DNA from: Candidatus Methylomirabilota bacterium
GTDB lineage: Bacteria > Methylomirabilota > Methylomirabilia > Rokubacteriales > CSP1-6
Reading direction: 5' to 3'
Length of the DNA: 55,603 nt
NCBI GenBank assembly: GCA_046726415.1
Contig: JBKPAK010000069.1
Location: 1 to 55,603 of the forward strand
Shown: piece by piece, positions 39,289 through 48,079 of the stretch
Position numbering within the stretch: position 1 is the stretch's first letter
Layout of the letters: every line of letters starts with the position of its first letter
The notes under the pieces: model-generated
What the model saw: only the letters and a program-made list of their open reading frames with translations
The model's database searches: none
Told to the model about the DNA's origin: nothing
Position numbers and translations under genes: made by a program

Positions 39289-39825
39289 TCAGGGATTTTG
39301 CCGGCGTCGGCCTGAGAGCTCCTCCCGGGCCGCGCGTATCACCAACACCGCCAGGGCCATCACGGCGCCGAGCGCGCCGGCGGCGGCCAGCAACGGCGCC
39401 GCCGCAGGCGGTATGGACGTAGCGAAGCCCCCGGCTAAAGCGATAGCCAGAATGGCCGCCGCAAACACTCCGCCACCGAAACTCATCCACCGGTTGATCT
39501 GCGCGGAGAAGACACCAGTGTCGACAGCCGCGCGATGAACGCGACCGGCTAGTTCCATGGCGTGAAGGAGGACAAAGAGCCCGACGCCGAACCCGAGGGC
39601 CATGACGACATTCACCGCCGCCGCGGCCAACCACAGGGCGGCGGCATACTCGACCAGGAACACGCAGGCGGCGGCGCTGACGAACCACCGCCACAGGGTC
39701 GCCATGCCCAAGGTCACCAGGATGACCCCGACGAGACCGATCGCCACGATGGGGGCTCCCGGCGCGCAGGCGAGGGGTAGGGCGAACAGCACGATCGCGA
39801 CGAGAGCGACCGTGACGCGCATCAT
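39289..39825 (-). CDS. Hypothetical multi-pass membrane protein (last gene of the MoxR operon)
   Basis: Several hydrophobic helices; ATGA overlap with DUF58. Confidence 0.7.
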   Translation of the reverse strand: MMRVTVALVAIVLFALPLACAPGAPIVAIGLVGVILVTLGMATLWRWFVSAAACVFLVEYAAALWLAAAAVNVVMALGFGVGLFVLLHAMELAGRVHRAAVDTGVFSAQINRWMSFGGGVFAAAILAIALAGGFATSIPPAAAPLLAAAGALGAVMALAVLVIRAAREELSGRRRQNP

Positions 39826-41099
39826 CCCACCCTGATCACGCGGTGTCGGCGGCGGCCCAAGGCGGCCAGTGCCGGCTCGAGCGGCTCTGGAGGACGCCAC
39901 TCGAGGACTGGGAGCCCGCGGCGACGAAGATCATCGAGTTGCACGCGACGCTCCAGGCTCCAGAGACGGCAGGCGAGGTCGGCGGTGCGCGAGGGCCTCA
40001 TCGCGGCACGGGTCACCTGGATCGGTGATACGGCGAGGATGACGAGGTCGAAACCTCGTCCAGCCAGGTCGATGGCCGCCTTGGTGAAGCGCGCGTCGAG
40101 CAACGGGGTCAGCGCGATGACCAGGGCCTGTGGCGGCAGCACCCGAGGCGGCACGAGCGTCAGATCCTTCGCCACATAGGTGAAGACGACGGTCGCCTTC
40201 AGGAAGGCGTCGGCGAGCCGCTCATACTGGACGCGCCCCGAGCCCGGCCTCACCCAGTGGATCAGTCCGCCGTAGTCGATCAAGCCGACGCGGTCCTTCC
40301 GCGCGAGATACGCGGAGGCCAGCGAGGCCGCCGCCCGCACGGTGAAGTCGAGGGTGGTCGCGGGAGCTCGCCCGACCTCGGCGAGGGTGTCGAGCATCAG
40401 AACGACGTCGGCATTTCGCTCCCGATGGTGCTGGGTGACGTAGAGCCGTCCCAACCTGAGCGAGGCGCGCCAGTTCACTTGTTTGATTCGGTCACCTGGC
40501 GCGAACTGACGGATCTCGCCCGGCTCGATGCCCTCGCCGAAGACCGGCGCAACGTAGTCGCCGATCGACGCGTGAGTGCGAAGAGGCCGCGGGAGGCTCC
40601 GCAGTGGCGCGATCTTCGGATACACGCGCACCCGCTTGCGCTCGAGGTGCTGGCGCTCCCAAACCCGCAGCCCCCAGCGATCCCAGATCCGCACGCGAAA
40701 GATCCCGAGGTCGTGCATGCCCCGGCCTGGGCAGCGAACCTCGTAGCTCCACCGGAACGTCTGGCCGGGACGGAGGCTGGCCACGGCGCGGTTGTGCCCG
40801 GAGACAAGATCCCCGCCCGAGGGAAGCGGTTCGAACAGGTGCATGAATGGAATCCACTCCGCCGCCGTGACACTGATCGCCACGGTCATGCTCTCTCCCT
40901 CGAAGAGGCGGTCACCAGAGACTTCATGGGTCACGCGGTAGTCGAGAGCCGGTGGGCGGAGCGCGAGCGTAGCCAGGGCGATCAGCAGCGGAAGCGCCGC
41001 GACCATCAGCTCCGGCCGTGCGGAGAGGAGGGCGAGCGACAGCGCCCATGCGGTGACGGTGAGCATCGACAGGCAGAGCGGTGTCACCCGTCCAGTCAT
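39822..41099 (-). CDS. DUF58 domain-containing protein
   Basis: Motif GEGIEPGEIRQFAPGDRIKQVNWRAS, plus VVLMLD and RDRVGL-like segments; follows moxR. Confidence 0.9.
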   Translation of the reverse strand: MTGRVTPLCLSMLTVTAWALSLALLSARPELMVAALPLLIALATLALRPPALDYRVTHEVSGDRLFEGESMTVAISVTAAEWIPFMHLFEPLPSGGDLVSGHNRAVASLRPGQTFRWSYEVRCPGRGMHDLGIFRVRIWDRWGLRVWERQHLERKRVRVYPKIAPLRSLPRPLRTHASIGDYVAPVFGEGIEPGEIRQFAPGDRIKQVNWRASLRLGRLYVTQHHRERNADVVLMLDTLAEVGRAPATTLDFTVRAAASLASAYLARKDRVGLIDYGGLIHWVRPGSGRVQYERLADAFLKATVVFTYVAKDLTLVPPRVLPPQALVIALTPLLDARFTKAAIDLAGRGFDLVILAVSPIQVTRAAMRPSRTADLACRLWSLERRVQLDDLRRRGLPVLEWRPPEPLEPALAALGRRRHRVIRVG

Positions 41100-41175
41100 C
41101 GCGTATCCGCGGGTGTCACCCATCCAGTCATCGCGCATCCGCGCGTGGCGGCTATCCAGTCATCGCGCATCCGCG
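41080..41175. repeat. Three tandem 32-bp units containing the moxR/DUF58 ATGA junction
   Basis: The core TCCAGTCATCGCGYATCCGCG occurs in units 41080-41111, 41112-41143 and 41144-41175. Confidence 0.9.
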
Positions 41176-42116
41176 CTTGGCGCCGGCACCTGTACCAGGA
41201 GGCTCTGCACCACCTGGGCCGGCGACACTCGCGACGCCCACAGCTCCGGCTTGAGGATGAGCCGATGCGCCAGGGCCGGCACCGCCATGGCCTTCACGTC
41301 GTCCGGCAACACGAATTCGCGGCGGCGCAGGGCGGCCAGGGCCCGCGCGAGCTTGAGCAAAGCGAGCGTGCCGCGCGGCGAGGCGCCGAGCGCTACCCGA
41401 TGGTCGCCGCGCGTGGCTTGAACGACGTCCACGATGTACCGCTCCGTGACGCCGGCCACGAAGACGTCTTCCAGGCTCGCCTGCATGGCCAGCAACTCCG
41501 CGCGCGAGGTCACCGGCGCCACCGCGATCGCATCCTCTCGACGCTGCCGCCGCCGGGTCAAGATCTCCACTTCGTCATCGCGCTCTGGATAGCCCACGGC
41601 CAGGCGTATCAGGAAGCGATCGAGCTGCGCTTCCGGCAAAGGATACGTCCCCTCCAGCTCGATGGGATTTTGGGTGGCGATCACGAGAAACGGCGGATCG
41701 AGAGGGAAGCGCTCGCCCTCGATGGTGACCTGCGACTCTTGCATGGCCTCCAGGAGGGCGCTCTGCGTTTTGGGCGTGGCCCGGTTGATCTCGTCGGCCA
41801 GGAGCAGGTTAGTGAAGATCGGTCCCTGCCGGAACTCGAATCGGCCCTGGCGCTGGTCGAAGAGGAAGCTCCCCGTCACGTCACTGGGCAGCAGGTCCGG
41901 CGTGAACTGAATCCGTTTGAAGTTCAGATCGAGCGTCTGGGCGACGAGCCGGGCCATGAGCGTCTTGGCCAGGCCTGGATAGTCCTCGATGAGGATGTGC
42001 CCGTTGGCTAGGATGCCGGCCAGGATCTGCTCGAGGACGTCCACCTTCCCGACGATCACCTGCGCGAGGGTCGCGAGGATGTCCTGGCAGCGGTCGGCCA
42101 CGGCGTCGATCTTCAT
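41160..42116 (-). CDS. moxR: MoxR-family AAA+ ATPase
   Basis: Motifs HILIEDYPGLAKT, RIQFTPDLLPSD, LADEINRATPKTQSALLEAMQE, ATQNPIELEGTYPLPEAQLDRF and GASPR. Confidence 0.95.
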   Translation of the reverse strand: MKIDAVADRCQDILATLAQVIVGKVDVLEQILAGILANGHILIEDYPGLAKTLMARLVAQTLDLNFKRIQFTPDLLPSDVTGSFLFDQRQGRFEFRQGPIFTNLLLADEINRATPKTQSALLEAMQESQVTIEGERFPLDPPFLVIATQNPIELEGTYPLPEAQLDRFLIRLAVGYPERDDEVEILTRRRQRREDAIAVAPVTSRAELLAMQASLEDVFVAGVTERYIVDVVQATRGDHRVALGASPRGTLALLKLARALAALRRREFVLPDDVKAMAVPALAHRLILKPELWASRVSPAQVVQSLLVQVPAPSADAR

Positions 42117-42571
42117 GCGCGCCTCTCGATTTCAGCGATCAGCCGCTCCAGGGTCGCGAGCGGCGGTCCACGGCGGAGGATTCTGCGTCGCTCCGCCGGC
42201 CGGGGAAGATCCGTCCCGGCCAGCGCGAGCAAGCGCGGCCAGAGGATCGCGTCGAAGTAGCGCCGGCTGCGCACGCTGAACGTCAGCTCACCGCGGAGCC
42301 GCAGGAAGAACGCATCGAGCGTCGGGGACGGGGGCGCGGGTGGCGGCGGGTCGGTAGCCAAGAGGGCGTCTGGCTGGATCGCCCGGCGCACCCCGCGGAT
42401 CACGCGGATGCAGCCGACGACCACGAGCCCGGTGCACGCGAGTCGCACGACCACCGGCCGCCACGATGGCGCCACCGCGAGGTACATCGGAATGATGGCG
42501 AGGATCAAGAGCACGCCGAGGAGGCCACGCGCGGCGAGCCGGCGCGGTGATCGCTCAGTGCGCAGGGGCAT
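42113..42571 (-). CDS. Hypothetical membrane protein of the MoxR operon
   Basis: Two N-terminal TM helices and terminal RGPPLATLERLIAEIE; overlaps both neighbours. Confidence 0.7.
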   Translation of the reverse strand: MPLRTERSPRRLAARGLLGVLLILAIIPMYLAVAPSWRPVVVRLACTGLVVVGCIRVIRGVRRAIQPDALLATDPPPPAPPSPTLDAFFLRLRGELTFSVRSRRYFDAILWPRLLALAGTDLPRPAERRRILRRGPPLATLERLIAEIERRA

Positions 42572-43496
42572 CCCCTCGCCTGTCGTCCAGGGCCGCCTTG
42601 ATCTCGTCCAGGGCGTCGAGGGCGCGGTCGCGCTCGGTCGTCCCCAACGCGCGCTGGCTGAATCGCGCCAGCTCGAAGAGGCCAGTCAAGGCCGGCACCG
42701 CCGCGCGCGGGAGCGGCAGGCGCCCCAGCGACTCGCGCATGAATTCCATCGGCGTGGACCAGGGCTTGCGCTCGACTCCCGAATCGGCCGCCGCTCGCTC
42801 GAACCTCGAGTAGCAGCGGATGATCGCCCGGCGGGCATCGCTCTCGGTTCTCAAGTCGTCGAGACTCTCCGCCACCGCGTCGTCCAAGGGATCCGCCGGC
42901 GCCTCGCTGGACGGACGGTCCCACCACCTCGCCAGGCGCTCGCCGAACGCGATCCACAGGGCTAGAGCGAGGGCGCCGAGACCGGCGGCGAGGGCGAGGA
43001 TGCCGAAGGTCCAGGTGATCAGCGGCGGAGCGCTGACGGGGTCGACCCGGGCCGCGCCGGAATCGGCGAGCGATCCACCGCCCCCGAGCGAAACCATCTC
43101 GACGAGGGGGATGGCGCCTCGCCAGATCAGATACGCCAGAACGATGAAGTAGAGGAGGGAGGCGATCCGCGAGACGGCGCGCACCCACGGTGGAAGGGGC
43201 GGGACCTCCGCGACGCGCTCGAACTCCTCGTCGTCCGCCTGGCGGCGAGACAGACCGCGGCGCATGACGTGCGTGAGGAACACGAGCACGGCGAGTGCGA
43301 ACAGCGCGACGATCGCCGTCGTCACCCGCTCCGGGAGGCGAATGATACCAGTGACGACATCAGGGCCGTCCACGGCGGGACCCGCCATCCGAACGAGAGC
43401 CGCCAAGCTGATCACGAAGCACACGGCGAGAGCCGCCCAGCTGAGCCCCGAGGTAGCGACCCTTGTCCTCGCGGGTCGTCCTTCGCTCGCGCTCAA
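42555..43496 (-). CDS. DUF4129 domain-containing membrane protein
   Basis: C-terminal DARRAIIRCYSRFE..R..WSTPMEF..LTGLFELARFS. Confidence 0.85.
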   Translation of the reverse strand: MSASEGRPARTRVATSGLSWAALAVCFVISLAALVRMAGPAVDGPDVVTGIIRLPERVTTAIVALFALAVLVFLTHVMRRGLSRRQADDEEFERVAEVPPLPPWVRAVSRIASLLYFIVLAYLIWRGAIPLVEMVSLGGGGSLADSGAARVDPVSAPPLITWTFGILALAAGLGALALALWIAFGERLARWWDRPSSEAPADPLDDAVAESLDDLRTESDARRAIIRCYSRFERAAADSGVERKPWSTPMEFMRESLGRLPLPRAAVPALTGLFELARFSQRALGTTERDRALDALDEIKAALDDRRGDAPAH

Positions 43497-43796
43497 CGAG
43501 CCGCCTCGGGCAGATCGGTCACGGACGACACGATGAGGCCCCGCGAGGCCGAGCGCAAGGCCTGTAAACAGGCGTTCGGCCTCGCGGTCAGGCGCGGCGA
43601 GATCTGTGGCGCGTCGGGACCGTCACCCCACCGGGCGCCGAACGCGGCTCGGCAAGTCCGCTTGTCAAGTGACGCGCGCTGTAAAGCTCTGTGAGCCTTT
43701 GGCCAGTTTGGCTGCTCAGGACCGGCGATGACCGGCGCTTCAGAGTGGGTCGATGTGCGGAATGGTCCTCAACCTCGCAGAGAGCGGCCGTCGGCC

Positions 43797-44237
43797 TCAA
43801 CCCCACCCGAGGAGAGCCACGAAGATGGTGAACGCGACCAGGCTGAAGGCGCTCCGGATCGCGTGAAGACGCCCCCATCGCGCCAGGAGCGCCGGTATGT
43901 CGGCGTCGGACGCGGGGTCCAGTGACTCGTCGAGAAGCCGCTTGTTGGTGGGCATGACGACCACCAGCGTAAAGGCGATCAGCCCGGCCAGCAGCAGACC
44001 TCCGATGAGCCATGCGGCGTGCCCTCCCACAGCGAAGTGCGCCAGAGCCGTCAGGGTACCGAGAAGAGTCAGATCGGCCTGCATGACCGCGGCCCGTCGG
44101 TAACTCGGGCGGAACTCGCGAACCGCCACCTCCGGGCCGCAATCGACGCGGGCGGGGTGCTCGACCAGCGAGATGTACACCGCCGCACCGGAGAACAGTC
44201 CGGCGGCCAGCGCGGCAATGATCTCGAGCAGCGTCAT
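43797..44237 (-). CDS. DUF1772 / anthrone oxygenase-like membrane protein
   Basis: Motifs GLFSGAAVYISLVEHPAR, FRPSYRRA, FTLVVVMPTNKRL and WGRLHAIRS. Confidence 0.85.
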   Translation of the reverse strand: MTLLEIIAALAAGLFSGAAVYISLVEHPARVDCGPEVAVREFRPSYRRAAVMQADLTLLGTLTALAHFAVGGHAAWLIGGLLLAGLIAFTLVVVMPTNKRLLDESLDPASDADIPALLARWGRLHAIRSAFSLVAFTIFVALLGWG

Positions 44238-44656
44238 GCCAGGTCCGGCTCCGGCGCGATCACCCGAGCGAAGGTGGCCAGCAACTCGCGATCACGCGGA
44301 TAGGTCAGCGCGTGGGCGGCCATCGGGAGCGGCACCCAGCGCACCGCGTCGACTTCGTGCTGCGGCGCCGCCTCACCGGCCAGGGCCTCCATGCTCCAGT
44401 AACGAACGGTCTTGGGCCGCCCGCGCTGATCGCGATAGCTCACGAATCCGATTTCCGGGCCGAGTGCGCAGCGCAGGCTCGTTTCCTCTTCCACCTCGCG
44501 AACGGCGCAGGCGGCGTCGGCCTCCCCGGGGTCTGCCTTGCCCTTGGGCAGCGTCCAGTCCTCGCGGCCTCGGCGGTGCACCAGCAGCACTTCGATGTCG
44601 CCGTCGGCGGCTCGGCGCCACACCACGCCGCCAGCCGCGCGCACCGTCTCCGTCAC
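44234..44656 (-). CDS. NUDIX hydrolase (MutT1/Ap6A-hydrolase-like)
   Basis: Motifs VRAAGGVVWR, DWTLPKGKADPGE..CAVREVEEET and KTVRYW. Confidence 0.92.
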   Translation of the reverse strand: MTETVRAAGGVVWRRAADGDIEVLLVHRRGREDWTLPKGKADPGEADAACAVREVEEETSLRCALGPEIGFVSYRDQRGRPKTVRYWSMEALAGEAAPQHEVDAVRWVPLPMAAHALTYPRDRELLATFARVIAPEPDLA

Positions 44657-46110
44657 CCCCACGCCTTGCGCCCTCGACGCTCCACCTTCGGCCAGTAGCT
44701 CGCGAAGTCCGCCCGCGCCGCGAGGCGGCGGGCCCGCTGGCGCTCGACGAGCCGTCCGGCCACGAAGCCGGCGCGCCGGCCGCGGACGCCGTCGAACAGC
44801 TCGCGCAGGCGGCCTTCGGCAAACACTGCATCCTGATGCTCGCCCAGGATGTCTTGAAGCCGTTTGGCCTTCTGGACGAAGCGCTCGGCCGGCTGACCTT
44901 CCACCGGCATGGCCAGCTCCGCCGCGTAGCGCGCGCGTTTGGTCTTGATCCGCACGGCATGGAGCTCGGCGTCGCTGGGCTCGTCCCGCAGCGCCTCAAC
45001 GACTTTGCGCAGCTTCTTGAATTCACGGGCGGCGAGGTCGCGCAGCGACACGTCAGGGTCCGTCACCGGGGGCTGCGCGATGAAGTCGGCGAGCCGATCG
45101 AGCAGGGCGAAATAGCGGTCGTCGTCGAGCGCCTTCACCAGCTCCCGGCGAGCCGTCGCATGGGCGTCGTCTAGGAGTTGGAGAAGCCGCTGCCCCCCAC
45201 GTCGTTCGATCGGCGGGAGCGTCGCCAGCTCGTCCTGGAGATACTCACGCATCACATCGAAGTCGCGAACGTCGCCCAGCGCCCCGCCCAGCCACGCCAG
45301 CTCCTCGCGCAGCGGCTCGACGCGGCCCGGCTCGAAGATCGGCCGCGCCGCTCTCAGGATGGCGCGCAGCCTCCGGACCGCCACGCGCATCTGATGCAGC
45401 TCCTCGGGATCTTTACCCAGCCGCGTGCCTGGGTCATGCGCGCGGACCGCCTCGAGCTGCCCGCGGAGCATGGCCAGGACATGATCGAGGGCGCTGGCGG
45501 AAGGGCCGAGCGGCTTGGACTCCGCGGGGACCTCGAGCCCCAGGACCCGGAAGACCTTGGGCCGGCCGTCGGTGTCCTGGGCGCCCTCCGTGCGGAGTAG
45601 GGCGCCGATGCGCTCGAGGTCCTGCTCCGTGCCTCCCCTCAGCTCGATCTCGACCTCGCGAAAGCGCTGGGCAACACGGCGGCCCTCGAAGGCCGACACC
45701 GAGTCCAGGACGACTTCTGCCAGCGGACCCCTGAGATCGCTCACCACCATGCCCGAGCGACGCGTGCGCAAGGTGGCAATGGGCCCCAGGCTGGCGCCGC
45801 GGGTGTAGACGGCGAGGAGCTCCCGCACTTCGCGGGGCGTCTCCGTGGTCTGACTCCGCAGCTCCAGCTCGAGCCGGGCAGCGCCGCGCGGGAGCTTCAC
45901 TTGCCAGCGATGCTGGCGCTTCTCGGTCCGGCGGCGCACGGTGACGCCGTGCCGGGCAAGCTGATGATCGGGCGTGTCGTAGTACACGGAGACGAACGTG
46001 CGCGGAGCCAGAGGCTCGCCGGGGAGTTTGGGCAAGCGGAAGCGCGGCCCGACGTCGAGCTTCAGCTCGCGCTCGAGAGCGCCTTCCATCGCAGGCTTGG
46101 TGGTCGCCAT
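44653..46110 (-). CDS. CYTH + CHAD domain protein
   Basis: CYTH: ERELKL, YYDTPDH.L, EVEIEL. CHAD: EELHQMRVAVRRLR, LHAVRIKTKRARY, LQDILGEHQD. Confidence 0.92.
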   Translation of the reverse strand: MATTKPAMEGALERELKLDVGPRFRLPKLPGEPLAPRTFVSVYYDTPDHQLARHGVTVRRRTEKRQHRWQVKLPRGAARLELELRSQTTETPREVRELLAVYTRGASLGPIATLRTRRSGMVVSDLRGPLAEVVLDSVSAFEGRRVAQRFREVEIELRGGTEQDLERIGALLRTEGAQDTDGRPKVFRVLGLEVPAESKPLGPSASALDHVLAMLRGQLEAVRAHDPGTRLGKDPEELHQMRVAVRRLRAILRAARPIFEPGRVEPLREELAWLGGALGDVRDFDVMREYLQDELATLPPIERRGGQRLLQLLDDAHATARRELVKALDDDRYFALLDRLADFIAQPPVTDPDVSLRDLAAREFKKLRKVVEALRDEPSDAELHAVRIKTKRARYAAELAMPVEGQPAERFVQKAKRLQDILGEHQDAVFAEGRLRELFDGVRGRRAGFVAGRLVERQRARRLAARADFASYWPKVERRGRKAWG

Positions 46111-46219
46111 CGCCCCGCTGTTCAGGAGCATCCCACGAATCCGCCCACGCCGGTAGGAGGCCGACGAGACCGCTTCATTGGCGCAGGTCCCCTGGGAAAT
46201 GGGGTTTCTCGAGGGGTCG

Positions 46220-46225
46220 TACAAT
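46220..46225 (+). promoter_or_regulatory. -10 box of a probable leaderless transcript
   Basis: TACAAT, 6 nt, then in-frame GTG 46232. Confidence 0.5.
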
Positions 46226-46231
46226 GGCCAC

Positions 46232-47458
46232 GTGATTCGCTCGCGCGCGATCCTCCTTCTCGCGGTGGTCCTGGCGGCGGTCGCCGTCATCGGCGCCGCG
46301 ACACCCCCGCCCGTTCTTCCCTCCGCGGAATGGATTCTCGATCAGGTGAAGATCCTTTCTGCGCCGGACATGGAGGGGCGCCGCGCTGGAACCCCGGGCG
46401 GGGAGCGCGCAGCGGCACACATCGCACAGACGTTCCGGGAAGTCGGACTGCGACCCGGTGGCGATGCCGGCGGGTATCTGCAGGTCTTCGCATTCCCAGG
46501 CGGGCAGACTGCGAACGTCATCGGCTTGCTTCCCGGCACCGATCGCCGCCTGAAGGACGAGGCCATCGTCATCGGGGCTCACTATGATCATCTCGGACGC
46601 GGCGGCCCGGGCAAGGGGACGGCCGACCGGAGCGATGCCATTCACCACGGCGCCGACGACAATGCGTCGGGGACGGCGGCGATGCTGGCGCTGGCTCGCG
46701 CCTTCGCGGCGGCGGGAAGCACCCCGCGCACCTTGGTGTTCGTGGCGTTCGGCGCCGAGGAACTCGGGCTGTTCGGATCAGCGCACTATGTCAAGAATCC
46801 GGCTTTGCTGCTGGAGAAGACCACGCTGATGGTCAACCTCGACATGGTCGGGCGCTTGCGCAATGGTTGGCTGTACGTCGACGGCGTCGACAGCGGAAAA
46901 GGTCTGCGCGATCTGGTCAGCGATGCAGCCCGGGAGCTGCCGTTGTCGCTCCAGCTTCGCGGGGATCCCTGGTCGGCTTCCGACCACTCGAACTTCTACC
47001 GCGCGGGCCGCCCGGTGCTCTTCTTCTTCACGGGCACGCACGCCGACTACCATCGGCCAAGCGATACCTGGGAGAAGATCAATGCGCCCGGCCTCGCCTC
47101 GGTGACGGCCCTCACCGCTCGCGTGGTGAGCGCGGTGGCCGCCCAGCGGGCGGCTCCTCAGTACGTCAAGATCGAGGCGCCGCGCCCGCGCGGGGTACTC
47201 TTCGGGATCGTTCTCGACTACGAAGAGCCAGAACTCCCCGGCGTGCGCGTGGCCAGCGTGCATCCGGGGAGCCCGGCCGAACGGTGCGGCGTCCAGCCCG
47301 GCGACGTCATCGTGACCTTCGCCGGGGTAACCGTGAAGACGCTCGAGGATCTCCACGCCGTCCTGCGCGGACACCGGGCGGGCGATCGCATCAACGTCGT
47401 CCTCGTCCGCGAGGGGCAGACGCGGTCCGTGGAGGCAACCCTCGCCGAGCGGCGCTGA
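46232..47458 (+). CDS. Secreted M28-family peptidase with C-terminal PDZ domain
   Basis: Signal peptide; motifs GAHYDHLG, GADDNASG, AEELGL, NLDMVGR, SDH, YHRPSD and PDZ GSPAE..GVQPGDVI. Confidence 0.92.
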   Translation: MIRSRAILLLAVVLAAVAVIGAATPPPVLPSAEWILDQVKILSAPDMEGRRAGTPGGERAAAHIAQTFREVGLRPGGDAGGYLQVFAFPGGQTANVIGLLPGTDRRLKDEAIVIGAHYDHLGRGGPGKGTADRSDAIHHGADDNASGTAAMLALARAFAAAGSTPRTLVFVAFGAEELGLFGSAHYVKNPALLLEKTTLMVNLDMVGRLRNGWLYVDGVDSGKGLRDLVSDAARELPLSLQLRGDPWSASDHSNFYRAGRPVLFFFTGTHADYHRPSDTWEKINAPGLASVTALTARVVSAVAAQRAAPQYVKIEAPRPRGVLFGIVLDYEEPELPGVRVASVHPGSPAERCGVQPGDVIVTFAGVTVKTLEDLHAVLRGHRAGDRINVVLVREGQTRSVEATLAERR

Positions 47459-47528
47459 GGCGCCGGCGCGGATCAGGCTCGGGGGCGCCGTGTCGCCGTC
47501 GGCGGCGACCCGGCGCCTCCCGCCGATG

Positions 47529-47876
47529 TCAGATGGCCGCGGTGCACATGATCTCGACGAGATACTTGGGCGAGGCCAGGCGCGCTTCCACCGTGGCCCG
47601 CGCCGGCGTGTTGGCGTGATCCACCCAGGCATCCCAGGCCGCATTCATGTCGCTGTAGATCGCCATGTTGGCCACGTAGACCGTGGCAGAAAGGAGCTTC
47701 GACTTGTGACTGCCCACCGCGGCCAAGGTCTCGTCGATCTTCCTGAGGATCTGTTCGGTCTGTCCCTTTGCATCGGCGGAGGCGTCGCTGGCCACCATCC
47801 CGGCCAGATACGCCGTGTTGCCGTGGACGACAGCTTGGCTGAGACGCGGGCCGACGCCGTGTCGCTTGACGCTCAT
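47529..47876 (-). CDS. RidA family protein (YoaB-like)
   Basis: Motifs RLSQAVVH, YLAGMV, MNAAWDAWV, PARATVEARLA and VEI; RBS AAGGAG. Confidence 0.92.
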   Translation of the reverse strand: MSVKRHGVGPRLSQAVVHGNTAYLAGMVASDASADAKGQTEQILRKIDETLAAVGSHKSKLLSATVYVANMAIYSDMNAAWDAWVDHANTPARATVEARLASPKYLVEIMCTAAI

Positions 47877-48079
47877 GTCAGTCTCCTTTCGATCGGACGA
47901 GCGCGGAGTGCCTCGCCCGTCGGATTCTACTCGATGAAGGGCGCGCGGAGGCCTGGCAGCATGCGAACGGCCCATCGATGGTCCCCGACGAACGAGCTTT
48001 GCCGGCGTGATGGCGACGGGCCTCAGGCCGGCGTCGTGGTCCGCGTCGGCGGCACCAGGCTCGGGTAGCGGGCCGGGAC

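Noticed and set aside
41080..41175. Three repeats as a mini-CRISPR
   Set aside because: The intervening segments are about 11 nt, two are near-identical, and the unit derives from the gene junction.
43655..43690. TTGACA on the minus strand as the MoxR operon promoter (also TTGACA at 33799 on plus)
   Set aside because: No matching -10 box at 16-18 bp.
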